This document shows positions 17,458-26,645 of a stretch of 29,362 nt of DNA, in pieces. This stretch comes from Candidatus Heimdallarchaeota archaeon. Its GTDB lineage: Archaea > Asgardarchaeota > Heimdallarchaeia > Hodarchaeales > Hodarchaeaceae. Both the position numbers and the translations under genes were made by a program. The first letter of the stretch is position 1. Each line of letters begins with the position of its first letter. The notes under the pieces were generated by a model. It made no database searches. It was not told the DNA's origin and saw nothing but the letters and a program-made list of their open reading frames with translations. The stretch is taken from contig JBHLSH010000051.1 of NCBI GenBank assembly GCA_048881705.1, forward strand, positions 1 through 29,362, written 5' to 3'.

Positions 17458-18246
17458 ATGGATTTGGAACTTGAAGGAAAAGTAGCCCTGGTGGCGGCGT
17501 CTTCAAAAGGGCTAGGAAGGGCTGTGGCCCTTGGATTGGCAAGGGAAGGCGCTAAATTGACTGTTTGCTCCCGAAACGAGGATCTCTTGGCCCAAGCTAC
17601 ACAAGAAATAGAAATCCTTGGGCGAGAGGTGCTTGCCGTCCCTACCGATCTTACTAAATACGAGGAAGTTAGACAGCTTGTGGGGAAAACCATTGATCGG
17701 TATGGAAGGATTGATATCCTTGTTACTAATTGTGGAGGACCTCCTTCGGGGACATTCCTCGATTTCAGTATTGAGGATTGGCAAAATGCAATTAATCTTA
17801 GCTTAATGAGCACAATCTACTTATGCAAGGAAGTTATTCCTATAATGGTAAAGCAAGGTTCAGGACAGATAATCATGAATACCTCAGTGACGGTAAAACA
17901 ACCAAACACCAACCTAATTCTGTCCAATGTTCCCCGAGCGGGAGTTACTGCCCTAGCTAAGACACTATCCAATGAATTCGGAAAGTTCAATATTCGCGTA
18001 AATGTCGTCTGTCCAGGATATACTCGTACGGAAAGGATCGTCAATTTAGCAGAAACATTGTCCAAAAAACGGGGTGTACCTACTGAAGAAATCCTCAAAG
18101 ACTGGGAACAACAAAATGCTTTGGGACGTATCGGTGAACCGGAAGAATACGCTAACGTTGTTGTTTTTCTCGCTTCAGGAAGGGCCAGTTATCTAACCGG
18201 AGTTACCCTCCAAATTGACGGAGGCCTTGTTCAAGGATTGCTTTGA
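17458..18246 (+). CDS. SDR family oxidoreductase (FabG-like subfamily with SNxxR active site)
   Basis: VAASSKGLG, IDILVTNCGGP, ILSNVPRAG, VNVVCPG and FLAS..ASYLTG....DGG. Confidence 0.9.
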   Translation: MDLELEGKVALVAASSKGLGRAVALGLAREGAKLTVCSRNEDLLAQATQEIEILGREVLAVPTDLTKYEEVRQLVGKTIDRYGRIDILVTNCGGPPSGTFLDFSIEDWQNAINLSLMSTIYLCKEVIPIMVKQGSGQIIMNTSVTVKQPNTNLILSNVPRAGVTALAKTLSNEFGKFNIRVNVVCPGYTRTERIVNLAETLSKKRGVPTEEILKDWEQQNALGRIGEPEEYANVVVFLASGRASYLTGVTLQIDGGLVQGLL

Positions 18247-18358
18247 ACCCAGATACATGTCGAATCAATCGAATCGCGTATCGGTTTGACTTGTTTAGTC
18301 TTGAGTATATTCATCATCTAGGAAAGTGATGACCTTCATTTCTCTGGTTTTTTTCCAA

Positions 18359-20203
18359 TTATGATGTTCCTTTTCTAAGCAAACCAAGAAAGAACTCCAC
18401 AACGCCGCCGTATTGGACTTTGAGATGTTCTGTCTTCTGGAAGCCGTGACCAGCTTTTCTTTCCACATAAATTTCCACATCTTTCTTTAAAGACATTGCT
18501 TTCCCGAAAAAAGTGTAAATTGGATCTATTGGACAACGAGAGTCATTGGCTCGATGAACTATATACAAAGGATCCGCCAAATTTTCCAGAAAGTTTATTG
18601 CTGATCTATCTTCATACAATTCTGATCTGTCTTCTGGGGGCCCCAAAAAGAAACGTTCTGTAAAGGCTTGGAATATTCGGTCTCCTAACCTGTGCATTTC
18701 GAACCAATCAGTTATTCCAACTATGGCGGCACCCCCATCGAACAGGCCTGGATGCTTTGTTAGAGTTAAAAAGGTCATAAAACCTCCGTAACTCGCACCC
18801 GTCAGAAAATGAAAACCACCCTGAGGGTATCTTTCCCTTAGGTAGTTTAACGCATAAATTACGTCCTGTAAGTCGCCTCCTCCTAAATCTCCTAGATTTA
18901 ATTGTAAAAACTCTTTTCCATACCCTGTACTACCCCTAATATTAGGACAGAAGACCGTAAAACCCGCTCCTGCATATAGTTGAATGATGTTTCCCATAGC
19001 TTGCCAGTCTTGCGAGAATTCCCAAGATGGACCTCCATGAATCAAAATAATAACTGGTTCGCCAGGAAGTTGACGGCCATTGGGAGGTTTTACCAAAAAC
19101 GCAGGTATCTCTCTTGAATCGAAACTGGGATAAGTGAGAAATTTGCCCTGCGACAATGGCAATGGAAAATTGGATGGCATACTATCAATTAGTTTTTTGG
19201 CTTTCTTTTGTATTATGTTATATTCATGAATCTGAGTTGGGCTGCCCATACTAGACCAGGTGAAGTAGAATTGTTCCGAATTTCCTTTAACAGTTCGCAG
19301 AGGTTCAACCCATCCTTCTGGTATTGGAAGTTCGACTGGGGTTTCCTGATCCTGCCAGTTCTCAACATATATTTTCGTAGAACCATTCTTCTTTGCGGAG
19401 TAAATTATCTCTGTTTTTCCAGGCACCCATACAGCCGAAGTATAATCGATAGCCAGGCCCTTTTTGGTACCTTGGAGAAAAGCAAGCGAATCATCAGCCT
19501 TTTGCCACACGGCCAAGGAGGGGTCGCCTGGAGCATCTGATGATAGCAATAAGTTCAGTCCATCTTCACTCCAGGCCATTGAATTGTTTATACTGTCTCT
19601 GGATGCTTCAATTTCACTATCTATGGCACCAGTATGATAGTTGATTATTCTAACTGTTGAAGCTGTGGGATTATCTGGTTTGATTTCAGCCCAACTGATC
19701 AATGGCTGCTGGGGATTAACTTGAAAGAAACCATCGACAGGTAGTCTCTCAGTCTGGTATATGGTTTTTAGTTCAGCTTTTGGGAGATCATATTTCCATA
19801 GACAAATATCTGTCTCAGAAGATCCACTAAAGAGTATTGATTGCGCATCAGGAGTCCATTCTATTGTAAATACCCTGATCGAATCAAGCTTCAACAGGAG
19901 ATTCGGCTTATTTGAGATTAAATCGGTCAAATATAGATCATGTTTCTCGTTTCCTCCCTGTTCTTTCGGGAACACAAATTTAGAATCATCTGGAGATAAC
20001 GCTCCGAATACAATCCGCTCTCCAACGTCTGTTATATTAATCCACTTGTCTAGCTCATCTAGGTTTATCCTATAGACTTGGTGAAAATCTGATTTATTGC
20101 TGATAACTAAAAGAAATTCACCAGAATGGGCTATATCAAGCAAGATAAGATCAGGAATGTCAAGAATTTGTTTTAGCTCATTTAGGTTCACAGACAACAT
20201 CAT
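18359..20203 (-). CDS. S9 family peptidase (prolyl oligopeptidase / acylaminoacyl peptidase)
   Basis: N-terminal beta-propeller, IHGGP, PNIRGSTGYG, nucleophile GASYGG, acid NDSRC and His AGHG. Confidence 0.92.
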   Translation of the reverse strand: MMLSVNLNELKQILDIPDLILLDIAHSGEFLLVISNKSDFHQVYRINLDELDKWINITDVGERIVFGALSPDDSKFVFPKEQGGNEKHDLYLTDLISNKPNLLLKLDSIRVFTIEWTPDAQSILFSGSSETDICLWKYDLPKAELKTIYQTERLPVDGFFQVNPQQPLISWAEIKPDNPTASTVRIINYHTGAIDSEIEASRDSINNSMAWSEDGLNLLLSSDAPGDPSLAVWQKADDSLAFLQGTKKGLAIDYTSAVWVPGKTEIIYSAKKNGSTKIYVENWQDQETPVELPIPEGWVEPLRTVKGNSEQFYFTWSSMGSPTQIHEYNIIQKKAKKLIDSMPSNFPLPLSQGKFLTYPSFDSREIPAFLVKPPNGRQLPGEPVIILIHGGPSWEFSQDWQAMGNIIQLYAGAGFTVFCPNIRGSTGYGKEFLQLNLGDLGGGDLQDVIYALNYLRERYPQGGFHFLTGASYGGFMTFLTLTKHPGLFDGGAAIVGITDWFEMHRLGDRIFQAFTERFFLGPPEDRSELYEDRSAINFLENLADPLYIVHRANDSRCPIDPIYTFFGKAMSLKKDVEIYVERKAGHGFQKTEHLKVQYGGVVEFFLGLLRKGTS

Positions 20204-20377
20204 CCCTCAATCAACGAGGTACTAGGATAAAAATTCTTATGTCTTGCCCATTTCTATTTGATAATGGGACAACAAAATCCATTATTATTAATCTCTTCCA
20301 CCAAAAGGAACACAAAAAGTAGCACGAAATCCGCTTAAAAGGCGTTAAAATGTATCTTCATTAAGTAAAGCACCTCA

Positions 20378-20396
20378 AACTTTAAAAATTAAAGTT
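20378..20396. promoter_or_regulatory. inverted repeat AACTTTAA-AAA-TTAAAGTT overlapping a TATA-like box (possible operator)
   Basis: Perfect 8-bp arms with a 3-nt spacer, about 55 nt upstream of the acyl-CoA dehydrogenase ATG. Confidence 0.35.
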
Positions 20397-20450
20397 ATGG
20401 CGCTCAACCATACACAATCAGTAAATTCTTTTCTAAAGGTTGGTTGTTTA

Positions 20451-21644
20451 ATGGTTAATTTTTCTCTTTCTGAGGAACATAAATTACTGCAAGAAAGTGT
20501 GAGAGATTTTGTGGATCGTGAGGTCGTTCCAAAGGTTTCTGACTACGATAAACAACAAAAATCGTTATACCCTGAGATCCTACCCAAGATGGGAGACCTC
20601 GGCCTATTGGGAATTTGCATCCCAGAAAAGTACGGAGGAGCAGGAATGGATTATATTGCTCTTGCTTTGGCCTGTGAAGAGCTGGAACGGGTTGATACGG
20701 CTTTACGAGTCGTAATGTCCGTTCATGTAGCATTAAACAGCTGTACCTTATACCAATGGGGTACTGAAGACCAGAAGAAAAAATACTTGGTTCCACAGGC
20801 GCAAGGTAAGAAATACGGGGTCTATGGCTTAACGGAATCTTGTTGTGGATCAGATCCAGCATCCATGCAAACTCGTGCTGTAAAAGAAGGAGATGAATAC
20901 ATTCTTAACGGATCTAAGAGCTGGATTTCATTGGTGGATGTAGCTGATAACTTCCTGATATTCGCACGTGTTGGTCAGGAAAAGGGACACAAAGCCATAG
21001 CTGCCTTTATTGTAGAAAGAGATTTTGGCGGAGTAGAAACGAGAAGTTTTAAGGACAAATTGGGCATACGGACCGGTGATACTGGTGAAATTTTTCTCCA
21101 AGATGTCCCCGTCCCAGCTGAAAATCTCCTTGGTGCGGAAGGTGAAGGTTTTAAGATCGCAATGTCTGCTTTGGACAATGGGCGTTTCACTGTGGCTGCA
21201 GGTGCTTGTGGAACAATCCGCGCCTGCCTTGAGGCCTCCATCGCTTATTGTCACGAACGAAAAGCGTTTGGTCAAGAAATAGGCAGGTTCGAATTGATTC
21301 AAGAGCACATCGCAGAGATGCAAGCTGGATATGATCAGTCTCAGCTTTTGGTGTATAAAGCTGGGTGGTTAAAGAACCAAGGAATTCATAATACTCGTGA
21401 GACTGCGATGGCCAAGTGGCAGGCTACTAATTATGCTTGCGATGCTGCCGATCGCGCGATACAGATCCATGGGGCCAATGGCTATTCTAGTGATTTTTCC
21501 GTAGAACGATATTGGCGAAATGCGCGAGCGAATACCATTCTAGAAGGGACCAACGAAGTCCAGAAGTTGATCCAGGGATCGTACGTACTTGGCTATCGTA
21601 AAAAGGCCAAATTACGTCACGAAATGCCAGCATACATACCATAA
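20451..21644 (+). CDS. acyl-CoA dehydrogenase
   Basis: YGLTESCCGSD, YILNGSKSWIS, KLGIR, ALDNGR, RKAFGQ, AIQIHGANGY and ILEGTNEVQK. Start moved to ATG 20451 (MVNFSLSEEH), which matches the usual family N-terminus. Confidence 0.94.
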   Translation: MVNFSLSEEHKLLQESVRDFVDREVVPKVSDYDKQQKSLYPEILPKMGDLGLLGICIPEKYGGAGMDYIALALACEELERVDTALRVVMSVHVALNSCTLYQWGTEDQKKKYLVPQAQGKKYGVYGLTESCCGSDPASMQTRAVKEGDEYILNGSKSWISLVDVADNFLIFARVGQEKGHKAIAAFIVERDFGGVETRSFKDKLGIRTGDTGEIFLQDVPVPAENLLGAEGEGFKIAMSALDNGRFTVAAGACGTIRACLEASIAYCHERKAFGQEIGRFELIQEHIAEMQAGYDQSQLLVYKAGWLKNQGIHNTRETAMAKWQATNYACDAADRAIQIHGANGYSSDFSVERYWRNARANTILEGTNEVQKLIQGSYVLGYRKKAKLRHEMPAYIP

Positions 21645-21757
21645 AACGGTTAAAATCCATTTTTTCTCTCTGCTCTCTCTTTCTGGAATTGGTTTTCCAT
21701 AAACTGCAGTGGTACTCTTATCTACTCTCATCGTAAATTGCTCGATTGTGGTAAGAT

Positions 21758-22717
21758 ATGGCCGAAAGCTCATTAGAATGGATATTTCCAGTTATTACTA
21801 CCGTGATATGGCTTCTATTCTTTGGAAGCGTGGTTGAACAATATCTTCGAAAGCGAAGAACTCATCAGCTTGTGTGGGGGATCGCCTTATTGATGGTGGT
21901 TGTGGTAATGGGAGCAGAGGCCTTAAGTTATTTTCTAGGAGAATGGGATCCATGGCTTTATCGAATCTATTATGTTCTAGCGGCCTTTCAAGTAACTATT
22001 CTCGGTACTGGAGTTATCTATCTACTGCGTAGTAGAGAATTAATACATGAACAGAACACGTTCCATGGACTTATCATATTCGGAGGGATTTGGCTTTTGT
22101 TCGGGATCCCGTTTACACTCTTTGTTTCTCCTGTTTTCCTTGTAATAATTCTATTAGCGCTTCTATATTTGGGATTAGCTTTAATGCCTTTCTTCACAAG
22201 ATGGAATACTAGTGCAACCCAGTTTGCACATCTCTTTGCGTTAACTAATGTTGTTATTTTCAGTGTTATGATGATTAGCGCTTGGAACTCACCCATAGAT
22301 GTGCAAATTCTGAAATCCTTACTCGGACATCAAATAGGCGGAGCAGGCTGGGAAGAACCAACAATTGTTCGGAGTTTTTCTCCTCTTCTAACAGTACCAG
22401 GAGCAGTGGCGCTGATCGGAGGAGCCCTTTTTTCATATTTTAAGTGGCAACGTTATCTTAAATTCAAAACAGGCCATTATAATCTTAAAACTGGAGTTTT
22501 CAATCTCTTTCTCGCTAGTGGATCGCTACTACTGGCAACAAGCGGGGTTTTATTACGATTTGGGCTTGCAGGCACACTACTACTATATATCGTGAACACC
22601 CTTGCTGTAATCCTGATGTATTTTGGATTTCTCGAGTCAGATAGCATCTCTATGCACAAATTGATGGAGGTATTAACACTCCAGTGGCTCCGTAGTTCCG
22701 AAACGCAGATTTCCTAA
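21758..22717 (+). CDS. polytopic membrane protein of unknown function (about 9 TM)
   Basis: About nine hydrophobic segments, with motifs QLVWGIAL, W..WLYRIYY and GAVALIGGALFS. Confidence 0.75.
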   Translation: MAESSLEWIFPVITTVIWLLFFGSVVEQYLRKRRTHQLVWGIALLMVVVVMGAEALSYFLGEWDPWLYRIYYVLAAFQVTILGTGVIYLLRSRELIHEQNTFHGLIIFGGIWLLFGIPFTLFVSPVFLVIILLALLYLGLALMPFFTRWNTSATQFAHLFALTNVVIFSVMMISAWNSPIDVQILKSLLGHQIGGAGWEEPTIVRSFSPLLTVPGAVALIGGALFSYFKWQRYLKFKTGHYNLKTGVFNLFLASGSLLLATSGVLLRFGLAGTLLLYIVNTLAVILMYFGFLESDSISMHKLMEVLTLQWLRSSETQIS

Positions 22718-22742
22718 TTTATTCGCAGGAAAGGAAAAAGGA

Positions 22743-23957
22743 TTACGCTGCGTTCAGGGCTTGGTCAAGGTCCGAAATGAGATCATCTACGTCCTCTATA
22801 CCGACGGATAGCCGAATAAGGCCATCTGTGATTCCAGCTTTTTCTCTTTGAGCTCGTGGAACCATTGAGTGAGTCATTGTGGCTGGATGTTCCACCAAAG
22901 TTTCAACACCTCCTAATGAAACTGCAAGTGAACAGACACGCAAAGATTCCACAACAGTTCGGCCCTTTTCGATTCCCCCTTTGACTTCAAATGAAAGCAT
23001 CCCCCCATAACCTCCAACCATCTGTTGATTCGCCAGGTCGTAGTCTGGATGAGATTTTAATCCAGGATAAAAGACCCGAGCAATCTTTGGGTGTTGTTCT
23101 AGGAACTGGGCAAGTTTCATCGCGTTTTCATTATGGCGCTTGATGCGAACCTCTAACGTCTTAATGCCACGGATTAATAAAAAGGCGTCAAACGGAGACA
23201 AATTTCCTCCGAGCAGTTTCAATGAATGATAGCACCTCTCGAAGAGGGATTTTGAATTGACCGAAATTGTCCCTGCCAAAATATCCGCATGACCACCTAG
23301 ATATTTGGTGGCCGAATGGATTACAATGTCCATTCCCAACTTAATCGGCTGTTGATTAACTGGGGAGGCAAAAGTGCTATCTACTACTGAGACGCAACCG
23401 ACATCCCTAGCGATGCGAGCTACCTGTTCAAGATTAGTGAGTTTCATGGTTGGGTTCGCTGGCGTTTCTGCATAAATGACTCTCGTATTGCTCTGAATGG
23501 CATCTTTGTATTCTTTGGTGTCTCTGCCCTGAATAAATGTTGTTTCAAAACCCATGCGTTTCCCTATGGTAGTAAGAAATTCGTGAGTTCCTCCGTATAG
23601 CGAATAAGGGACAATGATATGATCACCAGCTTCAAGTAGCGAGATAAAGACAGTAGAAATAGCCGCCATACCTGAGGATAGGATCAACGTTCCATAGGCA
23701 TGTTCTAGGGAATTCATGATCCGGGCTGCGATATCGGTTGTGGGATTTCCCCATCGCGAATAAAACCAGCCTGATCCATCATACATACGTTCTCGCGAAA
23801 GGTGTGCTCCATGGTCAACCGAATCCAACAGAAATGTTGATGAAGCAATAATTGGTGTTGTGACCGCGTTGACTGGGCCTCTGATAGGGTAATGTTTGAC
23901 AAGAGTCGTCCCCAAACCTTCATTCGACCTCTTGTTTGTACTTGAACTATCTTTCAT
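22743..23957 (-). CDS. Cys/Met metabolism PLP enzyme (cystathionine gamma-lyase/synthase or methionine gamma-lyase family)
   Basis: YSRWGNPT, SSGMAAI, ETPANP, DSTFASP, PLP-Lys motif HSATKYLGGH and SLGGVETL. LYGGT (not the LYGCT of classical MGL) leans toward CGL/CGS. ATG 23957 chosen because a GAGG RBS lies 8 nt upstream. Confidence 0.9.
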   Translation of the reverse strand: MKDSSSTNKRSNEGLGTTLVKHYPIRGPVNAVTTPIIASSTFLLDSVDHGAHLSRERMYDGSGWFYSRWGNPTTDIAARIMNSLEHAYGTLILSSGMAAISTVFISLLEAGDHIIVPYSLYGGTHEFLTTIGKRMGFETTFIQGRDTKEYKDAIQSNTRVIYAETPANPTMKLTNLEQVARIARDVGCVSVVDSTFASPVNQQPIKLGMDIVIHSATKYLGGHADILAGTISVNSKSLFERCYHSLKLLGGNLSPFDAFLLIRGIKTLEVRIKRHNENAMKLAQFLEQHPKIARVFYPGLKSHPDYDLANQQMVGGYGGMLSFEVKGGIEKGRTVVESLRVCSLAVSLGGVETLVEHPATMTHSMVPRAQREKAGITDGLIRLSVGIEDVDDLISDLDQALNAA

Positions 23958-24137
23958 TATCAAAACCTCACAGGACTGAATCTTATAACCAATTCAAGAT
24001 TGAATCGTTTCGAACCAGAGATAGGAGTCAATTTTCTTGCTTATCCCGTGAGGACATTCCCTCCGGCGGCCAATATTCTACTAAGCCCGATCTTGCATCT
24101 TTCCCCCTTATACTCTCCGAGATTCAAAAGGACTGTG

Positions 24138-24153
24138 AGAAATGCGCATTTCT
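24138..24153. repeat. 16-bp perfect palindrome AGAAATGCGCATTTCT
   Basis: Self-complementary sequence in the intergenic region between the DUF35-SDR gene and the Cys/Met lyase. Confidence 0.85.
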
Positions 24154-24231
24154 GCAGATTAAGGCAAGGATCCTCGGATTATTACGATTTTCTTTGATGG
24201 ACGAACTCTCAAGATGCATTAATTTCGCGGG

Positions 24232-25455
24232 TTACATTCGTAATCCACCATCTACCTGAACAACTGATCCAGTCATGTAGTCCGAGTCTGATGATCCTAG
24301 GAACACTGCAACTTTGGCAACATCATTTGGGAATCCAATGCGCATTTGGGGAATCTGAGCGATGGTTTGTTCTTTATAAACGTTGGGAGTGTCCGCCGTC
24401 ATGGCCGTTTCAATATATCCAGGCATAATACAGTTAACATTGACCTTATAACGGGCTAGCTCACGCGCCGCCGTTTTTGATAGAGCGATGATACCCCACT
24501 TTGATGCTGCATACGCAGCCTGTCCGAGATTTCCATATTTGGCAGCTGTTGACGTAAAATTGATTATTTTGCCACCAAGCGGCCTTTTCTCCATGAAATG
24601 AGGTGAAATGGCTCGAATACAATTGAAAGTACCCTTGAGGTTAATATCCATGACTGTATTCCACTGTTCATCGGTCATTTTACTGATCAACGCACTTCGG
24701 CTTATGCCCGCATTATTTACAAGAATATCAATCTGTTTAAAAGCGTCCAAAGCTAAATTGACCAATTGGGTGACCCCATCTACGTCGGATACGTCACATT
24801 TAACGGCGAGGGCTTTAGTACCTAAATTTTGAATCTCTTCAACAAGGGAATCAAGGTCTGATTTGGTTCTTGCAGCACAAACAACCTTAGCGCCTTCCCG
24901 GGCATATTCCAATGCAATTTCACGGCCGATTCCCTTTCCTGCCCCAGTGATAATCGCCACTCTGCCTGTTAGCCGCTGACGCGATTTTACAGGACCTTCA
25001 TCTTTTATTTTATCTTTTTCTTCTGTTGAAGTCCGTACAATATCGCCTCGTAACAGCTTGTAGACTACGCGATCGCCCTCGATGACTTCCGCTTCAACTT
25101 TCACTTTTTCTCCGATTTTAAGATCCTCAGACTTAGATGCTCCACTCCAGGTCACCAACCGACCCCCTTCTTTTAGTTTAACCACGACGTTGGTATAAGG
25201 GGCAAATCGTTCAAATCCAGCTGGTGGTACATGTACCTCCGAAAAACTCAGAATCTCCCCTTCTCCTGACAATTCGATATGTTCCATGAATTCATTAGTT
25301 AAACATTTCGCAGTACAGTAAGCTCGTGGTGGATAATAGAGAGTTCCACATTTTTTACACTTGGTTCCTTCCAACACATTTTCTCGCAGCTTATTAATGA
25401 ATCTCTCGCCGATCTTCGACTGAGAAACATAATTACGATACCCAAACGACTTCAT
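24232..25455 (-). CDS. DUF35 (Zn-ribbon/OB-fold) - SDR (FabG-like ketoacyl reductase) fusion protein
   Basis: aa 1-137 contain CKKC..YYPPRAYC...C, LSGEGEILSFS and APY..VVVKL (DUF35). A charged linker follows. From aa ~162 there is a classical SDR: TGAGKGIG, NNAG, NFTS, YAASK and PG. An AGGTGA RBS overlaps the thiolase stop. Confidence 0.9.
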   Translation of the reverse strand: MKSFGYRNYVSQSKIGERFINKLRENVLEGTKCKKCGTLYYPPRAYCTAKCLTNEFMEHIELSGEGEILSFSEVHVPPAGFERFAPYTNVVVKLKEGGRLVTWSGASKSEDLKIGEKVKVEAEVIEGDRVVYKLLRGDIVRTSTEEKDKIKDEGPVKSRQRLTGRVAIITGAGKGIGREIALEYAREGAKVVCAARTKSDLDSLVEEIQNLGTKALAVKCDVSDVDGVTQLVNLALDAFKQIDILVNNAGISRSALISKMTDEQWNTVMDINLKGTFNCIRAISPHFMEKRPLGGKIINFTSTAAKYGNLGQAAYAASKWGIIALSKTAARELARYKVNVNCIMPGYIETAMTADTPNVYKEQTIAQIPQMRIGFPNDVAKVAVFLGSSDSDYMTGSVVQVDGGLRM

Positions 25456-25464
25456 TTCCTGCCA

Positions 25465-26631
25465 TCACCTAGAAAAGATGTGTACAACACAGTATTGGCC
25501 ATGTCCACCGACGTTATGTGTCAAACCAATTTCTGCCCCGTCAACTTGGCTCTTGCCCGCTTCACCTCGTAATTGCTTAACCACCCCCACCACTTGTGAT
25601 GCACCAGTCGCACCTACAGGATGGCCTTTAGCCTTTAATCCTCCATCGACATTTATTGGGATTTTACCCCCGATATATGTTTCCCCTTCTTCAACAAATT
25701 TCCCACCTTCTCCTCTTTCTGTAAATCCGAGATCTTCATACGCCATAATTTCGGCAATAGTAAAGCAGTCGTGGACCGCAGCGACATCAATTTTGCCAGG
25801 TTCTATCTTGGATTGGAGATATGCCCGTCGAGAAGCTTCGACAGCGCTACTTAAATTGCTCAGTTCGGGGCGAGTAAGCAAACTAAAAGGAGCAGTAGCG
25901 GCTCCAAGTCCTTCAATCCAGACAGGCGTATCAGAAAGCTGCTTTGCTTTTTCTTCATTCGCCACTACCAATGCAGCGGCCCCGTCAGCATTGGCGCAGC
26001 AATCAAACAAACGAAGGGGTGATGCAATCATTCGAGATTCCAAGGCCTTTTCAATTGTAATTTCCTTTTGGAACATCGCTTTTTTATTCATAGCTCCGTA
26101 ATAGTGATTTTTAACCGCGACTGCCGCCATCTGCTCAGAACTAGTTCCGAATTTAGACATATGCGCATTTGCGTACATCGCGTAATAGTTTGCAAAAGTA
26201 GTACCAAAGGGAGCTTCCCACTGAACATCACCAGTTCTTCCCATTATTTTGAGAATCTCTGAAGTTGGGTTTTCCAGCATTTTCTGAACACCTAGAACCA
26301 AAACGATGTCGTGCATCTTTGCTTTGATGAGAGCGTATGCAGATCTTAGTGCAGCAGCAGAGCTGCTACAGGCGGCTTCGGTGAGCCAGACCGGCTGGGG
26401 ATTTAACCCTAAATACTCAGTAATCGGCCCAGCAATGCTTCTTTGGGTCATGTAGACTGGACTAGCTCCTATGATGGTCGCATCAATGTCTTTCTGCGTA
26501 ATATTTGCATCCAAAAGGGCTTCAGCAAAAGGTTCGAAGGCCAACTCTTGGACTGAGACATCATCTCGTCGGCCAAACCGACTATTTCCGATTCCAATTA
26601 TTCCAACTTTGGTCAATGATTTAGGCTCCAT
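25465..26631 (-). CDS. thiolase (archaeal/SCP2-type acetyl-CoA acetyltransferase)
   Basis: Catalytic Cys in EAACSS, plus VHDCFT, GGLKAKGHPVGATG and THNVGG. Confidence 0.93.
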   Translation of the reverse strand: MEPKSLTKVGIIGIGNSRFGRRDDVSVQELAFEPFAEALLDANITQKDIDATIIGASPVYMTQRSIAGPITEYLGLNPQPVWLTEAACSSSAAALRSAYALIKAKMHDIVLVLGVQKMLENPTSEILKIMGRTGDVQWEAPFGTTFANYYAMYANAHMSKFGTSSEQMAAVAVKNHYYGAMNKKAMFQKEITIEKALESRMIASPLRLFDCCANADGAAALVVANEEKAKQLSDTPVWIEGLGAATAPFSLLTRPELSNLSSAVEASRRAYLQSKIEPGKIDVAAVHDCFTIAEIMAYEDLGFTERGEGGKFVEEGETYIGGKIPINVDGGLKAKGHPVGATGASQVVGVVKQLRGEAGKSQVDGAEIGLTHNVGGHGQYCVVHIFSR

Positions 26632-26645
26632 ACATGTTTAGCTTG

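Noticed and set aside
17458-18246. SDR lacking the catalytic YxxxK (has SNxxR), suggesting a pseudo-enzyme
   Set aside because: This is a known, widespread FabG-like SDR subfamily with the same substitution and AASSKGLG motif, not a lesion.
24030-24075. Calling a SAM-I (S-box) riboswitch from CGGAGGGA...GCAA
   Set aside because: The AUC/GAU P1 core, AGAG, GGCCC and GGUGC elements are missing. It is kept only as an unclassified structured-leader hypothesis.
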